64,000 nt of DNA from Eledone cirrhosa (GCA_964016885.1 OZ024740.1:426622001-426686000), one strand, 5' to 3'. Positions 25,213-38,043 are shown, numbered from the stretch's first letter. The notes: generated by a model from the sequence alone, not told the origin. Numbers and translations: made by a program.

Positions 25213-25337
25213 TAATAGGAAAATGTTCAAGACCCAGACGGCAGAGCTGAAGCCGTTTCGACGGTTATTTCTGCAGTCCAAAAATAGCCGTCGAAACGGC
25301 TTGAGCTCTGCCGTTGGGGTCTTGAAGATTTTCCTAT
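25213..25337. repeat. fold-back mini-element in TA tracts
   Basis: ~56 bp imperfect inverted arms; related sequence at 25528-25577 and 26305-26452. Confidence 0.75.
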
Positions 25338-25868
25338 ATATATATATATATATGAATAAATTTAGTCCTTCTTCAGTGATCTGCCAACCTTCATTTGTAT
25401 TTCATCGCTTTAAAGGCCATATTCCTCCGATTGGTGCGAGCAACGGCTAAAGAAAGTCGTTGGGACACGTAAATAGGGGGAACGAGCGAGACTGTAAACA
25501 ATCAAAGATGGTAATGCAACGAAAAATGATAGGAAAAGAGTCAGGACCCCGACGGTTGAGCTCCGGCCGTTTCAACATATATATATATATATATACTCTG
25601 GACTGTAATGTATTGACATAACCGCTCTATCGAATGCATTGTGATTGACTATTCCCTTCATATAATATATTTATGTTTTCCAAATATGACCATCAGCAGT
25701 GAAACACATATCTGCCATATTCCGTGTGTTTCTGTCCATTCTTTCATTTCCAGAGGTAATTAGCTATTATTTAGAGATATCAACTATTAAGTGTAGATAT
25801 CTATATGTGTCGGATTCCCTACAAGCTAAAATAATTTCAAATTTTGAACTTCCCTAATCCTTCGTAAA

Positions 25869-26011
<143 letters not shown>

Positions 26012-26229
26012 CACACACAAACACACGCATTATATAATATAATGGAAGTAGCTGTTGAAATGGCAAGAGCTCAGCCTTCAGGTCCCGACTCTTTCTAATA
26101 TATAATCCGCCTGTTTGTCATGTTCTTGTAATAAACAGGCGAAACTCCAAACTATTCAGCCTTTATAAAATGAATATTAAAACTACTTCGGTATTGTGTA
26201 CTTCTTTCTCTCAGCGGTCAACCACATAC

Positions 26230-26294
<65 letters not shown>

Positions 26295-26477
26295 CGTATA
26301 TATATAACGAAGGAGTTGTGGTAAGGAACCAGATGGACCATAACGCACAAGAGTACTCAATACTTAGGGTAGTAGAGTGGGTAATAGGAAAATGTATTTG
26401 GACTAGTCCAGAAATAGCCGTCGAAACTGCCGTCGGGGTCATATATTTTCCTATATATATATATATACATATATATA

Positions 26478-26552
<75 letters not shown>

Positions 26553-26616
26553 AAATGAAGTAATTCCGTCGGAAAAGTCCAGGAAAAAGAGTGCTCTATA
26601 TAGGTAACATAGCTTA

Positions 26617-26890
26617 ATAGTTATGTAACAAACAACATAATGCAATTATTTCATTTACCAGTGGTTTCTTAAAAGCAAAAGAAATGTTGCTTTCAATCAT
26701 AAGAATGAAAAATTCCTGGCGTATTTATTGACGATGGATTTTAAAAAACTTAAAAAAATTTTTTTTAAATCCAACGTGAATAAATACGCCAGGATTTTTT
26801 CATTATGATGATTGAAAGCAAATTTTTTTTGCTTTTAAGAAACCACTGGTAAATGAAATAATTGCCTTATGTTGTTTATTACATAACTAT
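26617..26890. repeat. fold-back mini-element
   Basis: ~125 bp imperfect inverted arms, ending in (TA)n. Confidence 0.85.
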
Positions 26891-27062
26891 ATATATATAT
26901 ATATATATAAGTATGACCATTCTTCAAGAGAATACTCGATATTTCGGATAGTAGAGTATGGCCTGTGTGTTAATGTATATGTGATAGGAAAGAAATGTTG
27001 GTGGTATAGCTAAAGGTAGAACACGTTTGATCAAAGGTCTGCTTGATAGGAAATCACCATCA

Positions 27063-27600
27063 TACGAGGAGGCTTCAACAAGTTCAGGGGAAAAGTACAT
27101 AGCTAAAAGTCATATGCAAGGATTTTGATTTCAATGCACCTGTACGTTTTCAAACTAACGTATCATAACATTTTCTAACATAAACCCTTATATGCATGTT
27201 CCAACGTGGTGACGTCATTCGGAAGTCAGCACCCACTCAACTAACATGGCCTCAATCAAAACATCAAATTCATTGTGAAGTTAGGGCCAAAGAGAAACTA
27301 AATCACTGACGCTCTGGTGCACGTTTTATGGGGCCAATTCCCAAAAGAAATCAACAACCTACAAATGGATGAATCGTTTTAGAAGTGGAAGAGATGAGGT
27401 TGAAAAGGTAAAAAAAGCTGCTTTGACATGGTTTAAACCGCATGACCCTCAGTTTAACACAGCTGGACTTAAAGACTGGTATCAATGCTTGCAGAAGTGC
27501 ATTGACCTAGATGGAACATATGGTAAAAAATAAACATCATAACTTAAACCGTTTTTTTCCAACTCTCTTTCTTCCACGAACTTTTTGAAGTTCCTTCGTA
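27063..27600 (+). mobile_element. internally deleted mariner transposon
   Basis: TA-flanked TIRs (TACGAGGAGGCTTCAACAAGTTC / GAACTTTTTGAAGTTCCTTCGTA); relic N-terminus IKFIVKLG..YKWMNRFRSGR joined to C-terminus LQKCIDLDGTY. Confidence 0.8.
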
Positions 27601-28066
27601 TAATAGCAAAAATATTTTTTAAAAAACGCCAAGTGGGAAAAAAATAAATTCAACCATATAGGTAAAAAGTGGGTAGAGACATAGGAAAGAGTGAAGAATG
27701 TATGAGAAAATGTAAAGAACGATGAAAGGTAGAACATAATGGAAGAGTGTGATAGAGAGAGAGAGGGAATGACGGATAAAAAGAAGTGAGAAAGAGTTCT
27801 GAAGGTGGTAGAAAGATGAATGAACCGGAAATTACTTGGGAGATTGGTAGTCTGCGGTGACTGGAGTAAATATCTCGTTGAAATAAAATACAAGCAATAT
27901 CGATTCCCAATGTTACACATACCACCAGATATTGGATAGTTTATTACGATCTAAATTACGACATGCCCTTACTGAAATATATAGACAGAGAAATAAACTA
28001 ACATATGCACATACATAGAGATTCATGCATACGCTCACACCACCTACACACACACACATACACACG

Positions 28067-28237
<171 letters not shown>

Positions 28238-28349
28238 CTGAAGTGGATGTTTAAAATACCACTGTACATAAAACATTTTCACAGTGACTGCATGTACACT
28301 CAATTAATGTGAACAGAATGCAATATATATATTTATATATATATATATA

Positions 28350-28559
28350 TAGTAATAATAATAAATGTGAAGACAAAAATACAAAGAGGGCTCGATAAGG
28401 ATAACTATATATCAAATATATAAGAAACCTAGAGCAAATATTTATTAAAATAACAGATTAAAGTTTAAGCAAAGAATCGCTGCTTTCACCCTTAACGGGA
28501 TCGTCTGAAGATCCAGTTAAGGGTGAAAGTAGCGATTTTTTGCTTAAACTTTAATCTGT
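28350..28559. mobile_element. short PLE C-family terminal fragment with fold-back
   Basis: Matches 22368-22527, then inverts at ~28507 inside the hammerhead core. Confidence 0.85.
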
Positions 28560-28602
28560 GTTGAAGAGATTTTTTTAGTGAAATTTCAAACATTTAATTA
28601 TT

Positions 28603-28641
28603 TACAATACCGGTTTCAGCATTAAATGCATTGTCAATTAC
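28603..28641 (-). ncRNA. variant minimal hammerhead (U3-A8)
   Basis: GTAA-TTGACAA-T-GCAT tta ATGC-T-GAAA-CCGG-TA-TTGT. Confidence 0.55.
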
Positions 28642-28823
28642 GGATAAGCAGAATATTGTTAAGTTGCATATTCGTACAAATAGTGAAAATAATTATAATA
28701 ACAAAAAAAAAAAAGGGTAGAGTGGAATAAAAGTTAATTTTCACATACGTGCTCCTTCAGAGAAGAAAGTCAATTTGTCTGTCCATCCTTCTCTGCTAAT
28801 GGCATTGTGTTCACACACACACA

Positions 28824-28924
<101 letters not shown>

Positions 28925-29403
28925 AGAATATATTACATCTTAAAAACTCAAATAATATATAGGTTAAAAGCTATAAATGTAGAGATTCATTTTCCAAAAT
29001 TATATTTAGGAGTAAAATGTTACGGTATATTAAATACAAAAAATATATTTAATATAAAAATGTAATATCATCTATAAATTCATGATTACACCGTGAATTC
29101 GTTCCGGCAAAGAAGTAGATATTAATTAAGATAATTGCTTAATAAATGAAGACGCCGTAAACTGATGAGTAAGTAATGTCTTAAAACATACTTTTTGACT
29201 TTTAGTAAAAAATTACCAATGAAATGTCTTGTGTTGGTATATGACTAGACAGCAAAAACCATCTCTCAGCAAAAAGACACATTAATATTATAAATAAAGT
29301 TCTGTGTTTCAGTTTCAAAACTGTAGGTCTGATGATAAAAGTGAGAGGTTAAAAGTGAAGCTAGAAATAGACCCATCAAAATCATCTTTCTGTCAATCTT
29401 TGT

Positions 29404-29534
<131 letters not shown>

Positions 29535-29790
29535 TATATAAATGAAAATACAGAAATTAATGTGAGCAAGAAGCCAAGAGTATTTCATAATATATAAGTG
29601 ACTATAACGTCAAAATGGAAAATAATTAACGTAAGATATGGGAAAATAATTCAAACTCAATTAAAAAAAAATCAAGACAGTAATTTTATCCAGAGATTTT
29701 GTGAAATCCAGGAAAAAAAACAAATAGAGTCTTAACTCAGAATAAAATAAAGTTTAAATACTCATCCTTCAATTTGGAAAAACTACAAAC

Positions 29791-29870
29791 GCTCTATATA
29801 GTCTAAAAAGACTATTTCACGAATCTTTTCAGTGGGATTAGTCACGGTTGGAGTCGTTCATCAGTAGAGC
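29791..29870 (-). ncRNA. canonical type I hammerhead ribozyme
   Basis: GCTCTA-CTGATGA-ACGA..TCGT-GAA-ATAGTCT tttt AGACTAT-A-TAGAGC: 6 bp stem I, 4+ bp stem II, 7 bp stem III. Confidence 0.85.
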
Positions 29871-30419
29871 TCAAAACACGATAACCAGACACCACTGCTA
29901 AAATATGCCAGAAAGGGAATTTAAAAGCAGGCTAGTTCACCTCGTACGGAATTATGAAAATAAACACACACGGAGAACATGGCTGGTGGCGTCAGAATGA
30001 GACGAATGTCTGTTTACAAGAAACAGCAGTCAAAACATTCGAAAAAAAACTCAACAAAAATGTATGAAGTTCAGCATATAGCCATATTATCGCGGTTTTT
30101 AAAAAAAAAGACCGGGATTAGTCACAAATAATCTTAAGCACACTAGGAAAAGTTCCGAGTATAAATATAAATGAAAATAGAGAAATTAATGTGAGCAAGA
30201 AGCCAACAGTATTTCATAATATATAAGTGACTATAACGTCAAAATGAAAAATATTTAACGTAAGATATGGGAAAATAATTCAAACTCAATTAAAAAAAAA
30301 ATCAAGACAGAAATTTTATCCAGAGATTTTGTGAAATCCAGGTAAAAAACCAATAGAGTCTTAACTCAGAATAAAATAAAGTTTAAATACTCATCCTTCA
30401 ATTTGGAAAAACTACAAAT

Positions 30420-30500
30420 GCTCTATATAGTCTTAAAAAGACTATTTCACGAAACTTTTCAGTGGGATTAGTCACGGTGTGAATCGTTCATCAGTAGAGC
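30420..30500 (-). ncRNA. canonical type I hammerhead ribozyme, second copy
   Basis: Same core and stems; differences in loops and the distal part of stem II. Confidence 0.85.
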
Positions 30501-30600
30501 TCAAAACACGATAACCAAAAACCACTGCTAAAATATGCCAGAAAGGGAATTTAAAAGCAGGCTAGTTCACCTCGTGTTGTGTTATTACTGATATATATAT

Positions 30601-31482
30601 AAGCCTAACATTATTTGTCTAAGCGGACAGTACTTGATTTAGGAGTCGCAGAAACACAAATGGTGGATTTTACCAACCATCCAGGGGTCCGGGTAAATTT
30701 TTTCAATCAAATATTTTTTTATTTGTTTGACCCGAATTACTTAGTCGTTTCTATGGCTGTGCGGATGACGGTTTAACCATCGTCTCAGTGTGTTTGGCCG
30801 TTAACGTATGTTGTAGCTCTGGTTCGTCAGAATTATTGAGCGTTTGCCAGACATCTCGGAAGTTGTTTTTCGCTAATTCCAAAGCCCAAATACGATTCTC
30901 GCTAATTTATATTTGTATTAATCTCCAGAGTCTAGCTATTGACCAGTTAATTTTCTTGATTTGTTTAGTTGATTCTATTGACTGATGAATAGCTTTTGTT
31001 AACTTATAACCATTCTGTTGAGAGCTTAATTCGTTTTGTGATATTTTGCATTTTTGCAATAATATACACATACTGAATTTCATTCGCCAAAAATAAGGGT
31101 TGCCTCCCTTGTCGAGCCCACGGGGGTATCGGTAACGGTCATTCCTTCGCCTGGCACTTGAACTAAAACCTGTTGAGAAAGTGACTTCCTTGTTCAATCA
31201 TCTTACCAGAAGCCTAACATTATTTGTCTAAGCGGACAGTATTTGATTTAGGAGTCGCAGAAACCCAAATGCTGGATTTTACCAACCAACCGGGTAAATT
31301 TTTTCAATCACATATTTTTTTTATTTGTTTGACCCGAATTACTTGGTCGTTTATATGTGTGTTTGGCCTTTAACGTATGTTGTAGCTCTGGTTCGTCAGA
31401 ATTATTGAGCGCTTGCCACACATCTCGGAAGTTGTTTTTCGCTAATTCCAAAGCCGAAATACGATTCTCACTAATTTATATT

Positions 31483-31487
<5 letters not shown>
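30601..31487. repeat. ~610 bp partial tandem duplication between TA tracts, probable PLE terminal repeat
   Basis: 30601-30918 repeated with deletions at 31209-31487. Confidence 0.7.
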
Positions 31488-31539
<52 letters not shown>

Positions 31540-31540
<1 letters not shown>

Positions 31541-31672
31541 TAGTAACACAACAGTTAGTTCACCATACCGAGAATAAATGTTTCACCTTAGCGGATCTTC
31601 AGTCCGAGCTGAAGATCCGCTAAGGTGAAACAATTGTTCTCGGTATGATGAACTAACTGTTGTGTTACTATT
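31540..31672. repeat. fold-back mini-element centred on a hammerhead
   Basis: ~62 bp inverted arms separated by TCCGAG. Confidence 0.85.
31604..31643 (+). ncRNA. minimal hammerhead with palindromic loop 3
   Basis: CCGAG-CTGAAGA-T-CC gctaa GG-T-GAAA-CAATTG-TT-CTCGG. Confidence 0.7.
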
Positions 31673-31806
31673 TCTACCAAACTCGTCCCATGGACTGAGT
31701 ACTACGGATATTACCTTCCAGTGTTCTACCTACCTATATATATGTATATATATATATATTATCAAGAAAACGAAAAATCAGTGTTGCATCTGGACTTAGT
31801 TTATTT

Positions 31807-31897
31807 CGTGTTACAAATGTTTCGCCGGCATGTAGCTCGAGTCATGGTCCTTGTATGGATCTGGCTGATTCTACTTCTGCGGGTTCTTTCAGACACG
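31807..31897 (-). ncRNA. hammerhead-like motif with 1 nt core insertion
   Basis: CGTGT-CTGAAAGA-long imperfect stem II-GAAA-CATTTG-TA-ACACG. Confidence 0.55.
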
Positions 31898-31934
31898 TCT
31901 GTTATGTCCTGAGCAAATTTTATTATATATCTAT

Positions 31935-33941
31935 CTAAGGCGGGTAAAATTCCCGAGATCCATGGACGAGTTCTCTCCAGCGGTCTCTGTCCCTCATTAT
32001 CGCTGCCATATCCTGCATCTCCAACAGACCAGTGTCTGTCCTTAGGGCATCAACATATGTTAACCTTGGTCTTCCTCTTCTAATGTGTCCATGTAAGGGC
32101 TCCCAAAGGAGCACTGAGTGCAATGTCAACTCTGGATGTCGGTGAGCATGTCCAGCCAACCTCAGTCTCCTCTGTGTCACTTTTGAGCTGACTTTTGGGA
32201 TGCTCCCATACAGCTCTGAGTTTTTCATCCTCAGTGTATACTGATTAATGTTCAGAGCCATCCTCAGCATTCTCGTGTAGCACCCATCCACCATCTGAGT
32301 GAGTCTCTTGGTCAGTGTCCAAGTCTCAGACCCATACAGCAGCACAGACTCCACTACAGCAATGAAGAGGCGGATTTTCAGGTCTCTACGAAGGTCCGAC
32401 TTCCACACCGATCTCAAGCTATGACACGCCGCCCAGGCCTTGCTCTTCCTCTCAACCACATCATCTTCCGTATTCCCAATCTTTGCTCCCAAATACAGGA
32501 AATTCTCAACCAATTCCAGCGGCTTCCCGCCTACATTAGTGATCCCCTCTGGCTTCTCAACATTCTCTACCAGATATTTTGTTTTAGTCTCATTCATTCT
32601 CAGCCCCACACTCATCGACACAGTCTCAACCTCCCGCATCAAATCCTCTGCCTCCTTCACTGTATTTGTCACCAAAACTATGTCGTCGGCAAATTCAGCA
32701 TCCGATACCTTTTTCGCCCCAACTCTCCTGCTCTGAGCCGGTGCTACAGTAAAGCCAGTGTCCTGGTGTTTCTCCAGTGCAAGGCGCATACAATAGTCCA
32801 CTACGATGATAAAAAGGTAGGGAGCCAATGTATCTCCCTGGAGCACTCCAGCCAGTATCTCAAAGAACTCTGTCATCCCATCAGGTGTAATGACTTGGGC
32901 TTTGGTGTTGGTGTAGAGCAGTGATATCAGGTCCACTATCCTCTTGGGGATTCCATAAGCCTGTAAGATCTTCATCAGGCAGTAACGGTCCACAGAATCA
33001 AAGGCCTTCCTAAAGTCAATGAAAGCCATGACCGCAGGAAGGCACTTTGCTCTAGCTCCCTCTAATATCCTCCTCAGCATCAGGATGTGACTGGTGGTTG
33101 ATCTACCCTCTCTGAAGCCGTTCTGGTTGTCCCTGAGCTTCTTCTCCATCTCAGGCTGGATCCTGTTAAGAATCATCCTGTTGAGGGTCTTTGCCACAAG
33201 TGACGTCAGTGAGATCCCCCGGTAGTTGTTGGTGTTAGAGAGATCTCCCTTCTTTGGCACTGGGACGATGTTACTGATTCTCCATTGATTCGGGGCAACT
33301 CCTTTCTCCAGTGCCCCGTTACAGAATCCCAGGATGATATCATCAAAATCACACCTCTTCATCACCTCTGATGCCACTCCATCTTCTCCATGAGCCTTGC
33401 CCTCATTGATCTTCTTCTTGGCTCTCTGAAGCTCCTCTCTGGTGAAGGGCTCTGTCTCAACATCCATTTCCTCAAACAGCCGCCTGATCTCCCCAGTGCT
33501 CTGGGCTGTGGAGGGTGGCTCTCCTAGTAGGGTCCTAAAATGGTCTAGCCATTTCCTCTTCCTATCCTCGGGCCCCGTTCCCTGGATCTGACTCGAACAC
33601 CTTTTCTTCCTCCCTGTGATCTCGTTGATGATCATCCAGCTCTCCTTACATCCAGATCTGTCAACCGCTCTCTCCACACTTCTGATCTTCTCTATCAGTG
33701 CCTCCTCTCTGACCTCAGTGTAAGCGGTACAGAGCTCTTCCCTCATCACCTCCACAGTCTCCATCCTCTCCTCCGTAGGATCCGCATAGAATTGGTCCCT
33801 GGCAGCTTTCAGGTGTTCTCTGGCTGCACACACTTTTGGGTTTGCAGAGCTGACGTGCTTCCCTTTGTTCTTTTTCCTCGGCACCAGGGTTTCACTTGCT
33901 TTCGCCACTGCATTGGTGAAGTGCCCGTACCTCCTCGTCAC
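31935..33941 (-). CDS. RTE reverse transcriptase part
   Basis: NYRGISL, QNGFR, FIDFRKAFDS, GVLQGDTLAPYLF, FADD, LLYGSETW. Confidence 0.9.
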   Translation of the reverse strand: MTRRYGHFTNAVAKASETLVPRKKNKGKHVSSANPKVCAAREHLKAARDQFYADPTEERMETVEVMREELCTAYTEVREEALIEKIRSVERAVDRSGCKESWMIINEITGRKKRCSSQIQGTGPEDRKRKWLDHFRTLLGEPPSTAQSTGEIRRLFEEMDVETEPFTREELQRAKKKINEGKAHGEDGVASEVMKRCDFDDIILGFCNGALEKGVAPNQWRISNIVPVPKKGDLSNTNNYRGISLTSLVAKTLNRMILNRIQPEMEKKLRDNQNGFREGRSTTSHILMLRRILEGARAKCLPAVMAFIDFRKAFDSVDRYCLMKILQAYGIPKRIVDLISLLYTNTKAQVITPDGMTEFFEILAGVLQGDTLAPYLFIIVVDYCMRLALEKHQDTGFTVAPAQSRRVGAKKVSDAEFADDIVLVTNTVKEAEDLMREVETVSMSVGLRMNETKTKYLVENVEKPEGITNVGGKPLELVENFLYLGAKIGNTEDDVVERKSKAWAACHSLRSVWKSDLRRDLKIRLFIAVVESVLLYGSETWTLTKRLTQMVDGCYTRMLRMALNINQYTLRMKNSELYGSIPKVSSKVTQRRLRLAGHAHRHPELTLHSVLLWEPLHGHIRRGRPRLTYVDALRTDTGLLEMQDMAAIMRDRDRWRELVHGSREFYPP

Positions 33942-35071
33942 ACTCTCCTAAGTCCATCAAATCTCTCCCTCTCCTCTGACTCTCCACACAGAGCACTAAA
34001 CCTGTTTCTCACTTCCACTGTGAACCTCTCCTGTAGCTTATCATCTTCCTTGAAAGCTCCCCAGTCATAGGTTGTTCTCCGGGGCTGAGCCTTGCTCTTT
34101 CTTAAGCTCACGCGGACCTCACTCATAACAAGCCGGTGGTCACTACCCAGTGTACTGAAATAGCTGTATGGTTCCGTGTTCAGAACACTATTCCGCCACT
34201 TTTTCCTCACCAGAATGAAATCAATCTGGGACTTGGACAGGTGCATATCTGAGATGTAGGTCCACATCTTCCCCAGATTCTTCCTAAACCTTAGGTTGGT
34301 CGCCATCAAGTTCGCCTCCAGCAGGGTGTCTCTCAGTAGTCTTCCATTTCGGTTGGTGTTGTTATGGAAGTACCAGCAAGGATCTTCACTGCCCTCCTTA
34401 CTCAGATGTGCATTGAAGTCCCCCAAAACAAGCAGGATATTGTGTGCCTGAGTGGTGTTGACAGCTCTACACACCTCCTCATGGAACTCCTCGGCATTCA
34501 CATCACTGTCCCCCTCGGTTGGACTATAGGCTGAGATGACTGTCAGTCTTGGGTTTCCATTGAAGGTCACCCTCAACACTCGCGGGGAGATAGGCATTAT
34601 TTCCCTCACCAACAGATTGGTTTTTGCACTGAACACAAAACCCACCCCTCCTACTGCAGCATTTGTTGTGTTCTTCACTGCCGATGTAGTGATGAGCTGG
34701 CTCTTCCTCCCGATCATCACACTCCTCACGGGCTCATCGTGTAGAATCCTGTGTTCTTGGATCGCAAGTATCTGTATACCACTCTCCTCGAACAGATGTC
34801 CCAACTCCTCTCTCTTCTCCAGCGTTCGAATAGTCCTCACATTCAAAGTGCCCATTTTGATGGCTCTTCTGCAGGACAAAACTGCATTCTTTATATTTGT
34901 CTCAGAGACAGCTGATCCATCATCCACTGGCCCTCTCTGTGGCTCTAAGCCAGCAGAGTCATAACGACCAGGCTGCTCCTTGACAGTGTAATTAGGGGCT
35001 CTAACCCTAGTGCTGTTAGATCGACTCTCCATATTTCTTTTCAATGGCTGACAATACCTTACCGGCGCCAC
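33938..35071 (-). CDS. RTE apurinic-like endonuclease part
   Basis: GTLNVRT, AIQEHR, SAYSPT, GDFNAH, IDFIL, SDHR. Confidence 0.9.
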   Translation of the reverse strand: MAPVRYCQPLKRNMESRSNSTRVRAPNYTVKEQPGRYDSAGLEPQRGPVDDGSAVSETNIKNAVLSCRRAIKMGTLNVRTIRTLEKREELGHLFEESGIQILAIQEHRILHDEPVRSVMIGRKSQLITTSAVKNTTNAAVGGVGFVFSAKTNLLVREIMPISPRVLRVTFNGNPRLTVISAYSPTEGDSDVNAEEFHEEVCRAVNTTQAHNILLVLGDFNAHLSKEGSEDPCWYFHNNTNRNGRLLRDTLLEANLMATNLRFRKNLGKMWTYISDMHLSKSQIDFILVRKKWRNSVLNTEPYSYFSTLGSDHRLVMSEVRVSLRKSKAQPRRTTYDWGAFKEDDKLQERFTVEVRNRFSALCGESEERERFDGLRRV

Positions 35072-35245
35072 TCGAATAAGGTAGTTATTTAACCCATAAA
35101 TGGAGCCCTAACAGGTACTACCACCCCGGGCCAGGGCAGACCTGGGAGTCATGACAACTAAGGGGTAACTCCACATTCCCCACATCTCCTGAACTCCCGA
35201 ACTGGAGCCTTGCCACTGGATGTAGTTTAATGTCATACCCAGGAC

Positions 35246-35282
<37 letters not shown>

Positions 35283-35417
35283 AAGTGAGGTTTATTTTAA
35301 CAAAATGAAAAATAACCGAGGTGTCCTACACGAGTGAAAGTATAAAGAAAAAAATATGAAACCGAAAATGCAACTGGAGTCTTATTTTAAAAAAATATAT
35401 ATATATTTATTTGGTTC

Positions 35418-35450
35418 CTTTACCGGTTTCGTAGTTCTGCTTTTCAAAAG
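35418..35450 (-). ncRNA. variant minimal hammerhead (U3-A8) in a PLE A-related terminal relic
   Basis: CTT-TTGAAAA-GCAG aa CTAC-GAAA-CCGG-TA-AAG; adjacent AAAAAGTGGCTC, TTGATTGG and GCGCCA motifs shared with PLE A arm. Confidence 0.5.
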
Positions 35451-35919
35451 TAGAGTTGTGATGGAGGGTCTGTTATTTTTCTCACATCTGGTTGGTCTCT
35501 GAATGTTACTTGTTTTATATGGAAAAAGTGGCTCGAAATGACAGGTTTTTCGAGAAGTAATTTGATTGGTTGGTCAATAATTATAATAAATTTCGCGCCA
35601 GTTCGCGTTACAAAGTTCTTCAAACAAGGGGGGGGGCACAGGTTGTTTTTTCATATAAGAGTGTTTGAATTTCTTGTCACTTAAAAAAAGGGGGGGGGGG
35701 GCTCACGAAGGCTTTTTTTTAATAAACGTAATTTGATTGGTTATAAATGAAATTATGGCTCTCACGTGAACAACTTTTCATTAAATTTTCGCGCCCTTAT
35801 TTGGAAATCTATTCTGTAGCCTTTTTAAAGAATGTTATGACAAGTAAAAGATAATGGTCAAGAGAAATTGGATGGGAGAATTGTTCTGGTTCAGTGAATA
35901 TGGTTAGTTCGCTGGGGTG

Positions 35920-36269
35920 TCAGTTGTTAGCTGTCGAGACACTGCATCCTTTAAAACCTCCATGGAATAAACTCCCTGCATCAGTTGTTAGATGTCGAGA
36001 CACTGCATCCTTTAAAACCTCCATGGAACAAACTCCCTGCATCAGTTGTTAGCTGTCGAGACACTTCATCCTTTAAAACCTCCATGGAACAAACTACCTG
36101 CATCAGTTGTTAGCTGTCGAGACACTGCATCCTTTAAAACCTCTATGGAACAAACTACCTGCATCAGTTGTTATCTGTCAAGACACTTCATCCTTTAAAA
36201 CCTCCATGGAACAAACTACCTGCATCAGGTGTTAGCTGTCGAGACACTGCATCCTTTAAAACCTCCATG
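35920..36269 (+). repeat. 61 bp minisatellite (~5.7 units) derived from a LINE ORF2 end
   Basis: Unit encodes PWNKLPASVVSCRDTASFKTS. Confidence 0.9.
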
Positions 36270-36463
36270 CTTCCTGAGATTCACCAGCATTACACCTAAT
36301 GCCTCCCCCCCCCATACACACGCACACAGGTATATCATGACTCATACACTGTTCACTTTCCTAACATTTGTACGTTATTCTATGTATTATACATGCACCT
36401 TTGATATGTGGTAGTGCACCTGAGCACTGTACACATTAATTTCGTTATTATCATTATTATTAT
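36205..36463 (+). mobile_element. 3' end of CR1/L2-group LINE
   Basis: WNKLPAS..SFKTSM..stop, 3' UTR and (ATT)n tail. Confidence 0.7.
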
Positions 36464-36489
36464 TCGATCATTTGACAATGTCTGTTAAA

Positions 36490-37019
36490 AATAGACTATT
36501 GGGCGGGTATCTTTATATTTACTATATTATATCAATTCCGTATATCCGTATACCGCTGATAATTGAACAGAGCTTCGACATCACCGTGAGCGCTACATTA
36601 TCTGCATGATGTGGAAAATATTCCATCACCTTTGCCCAAATGATGTTGGCATCACCTTTAATGTTCACCAAAGTCTCGGGCCCCGTGCTATCCGACCACG
36701 ATAACAATCTCACTCGCATCTCATAACAACAATACAACACAATTATTTCACCTTAATTGGCCCTTCTCTCTTTAACATTACACCAAAACACATCAAAGCA
36801 GAAACAGACCCCATCAAGTTCAAGAAGTCTTTGGACAAATTCCTTCAAGAAATTCCGGATAAGCCTCCTACACCCGGATATGGCCCCGTAAACAATAACT
36901 CTCTGATCGAGTGGGCCATGGTGCCCAAACCCTGATTTGTAAGACTTCGCCAGGTGGTACAATTAAATTAGACATAGCCTGGGCCAATACTGGCCGAAAC
37001 CTATCAAAGTTATCAAAGT

Positions 37020-37020
<1 letters not shown>
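36490..37020 (+). mobile_element. 3' fragment of CR1/Jockey-group LINE
   Basis: RERYIICMMWKI..PN, GPSLFNI.PK, FKKSLDKFLQEIPDKP..PGY..NSL. Confidence 0.7.
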
Positions 37021-37052
<32 letters not shown>

Positions 37053-37098
37053 GTACATATATATATATGCGTGTATATATATATAAATATATATATAC

Positions 37099-37205
<107 letters not shown>

Positions 37206-37327
37206 AAATTAAAAGGTATATATATATATAAAAATTAGACAGAGTCATAGATACATATATATGTTTTTGGCAACCATTCACGCTGTGGCTCAATGAAGAA
37301 TTAATTAAATAATTAATAATCAGAGCA

Positions 37328-37676
37328 ATATATAAAAATGTAAGTCCAAAGAATCATTAGATAAAATATATACAGTATTTCTCCCAATCAGTATAAATCA
37401 ATCACACAAAAAATCATTTATACAAGGCTATAAGTTTAAAATGTGCTTATGAAGAAATAATAGACAAATGACTATATGTCTCGTCAATTTCTACAGGCTA
37501 GAAGGAATATTACGTAAATATCAAAGAAGCTATATCATTTGTCTATTATTTCTTCATAAGTACATTTTAAACTTATAGCCTTGTTTAAATGATTTTTTGT
37601 GTGGTTGAATTTTACTGATTTTGAGAAGAAACACTGTATATATTTTATCTAATGATTCTTTGGACTTACATTTATA
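37328..37676. repeat. fold-back mini-element
   Basis: ~145 bp imperfect inverted arms around a ~60 bp spacer. Confidence 0.85.
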
Positions 37677-38043
37677 TATATATATATATATATATGTATA
37701 CGTACATACATATATGTATACAGACGTACAGTAGTATGTATATATATACATACATGCACACATATATATATATGCACGTATCGGTTTACCGAACATTTAT
37801 TATAATGCTCGGTTTGTTTGTTTGTAAACAAACAAACAGCCCGAATTACGCCGTACAGTGTTTAGGCAACCACGTCACCTTTTTGTTCAACACTGACACA
37901 GGAACGATGTACTAGTTTCAAGCTTATACATATATGTATGTATACATATATGTATACATATATGTATGTACGTATACATACATAATTATATTTAAGTAAG
38001 TGCCGTCCTGAGAGTGAGAAATGAAATTTCGTTTCATTCTATT

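Larger units (their letters stand above)
31931..35245 (-). mobile_element. near-full-length RTE-clade LINE
   Basis: 5' UTR from 35245, APE + RT ORF split by one frameshift, (TAGA) tail directly after stop, candidate TSD ATTATATAT. Confidence 0.92.

Noticed and set aside
29160-29200. Hammerhead at CTGATGAGTAAG..CTTAAAAC
   Set aside because: GAAA box and stem I are missing; at most a relic
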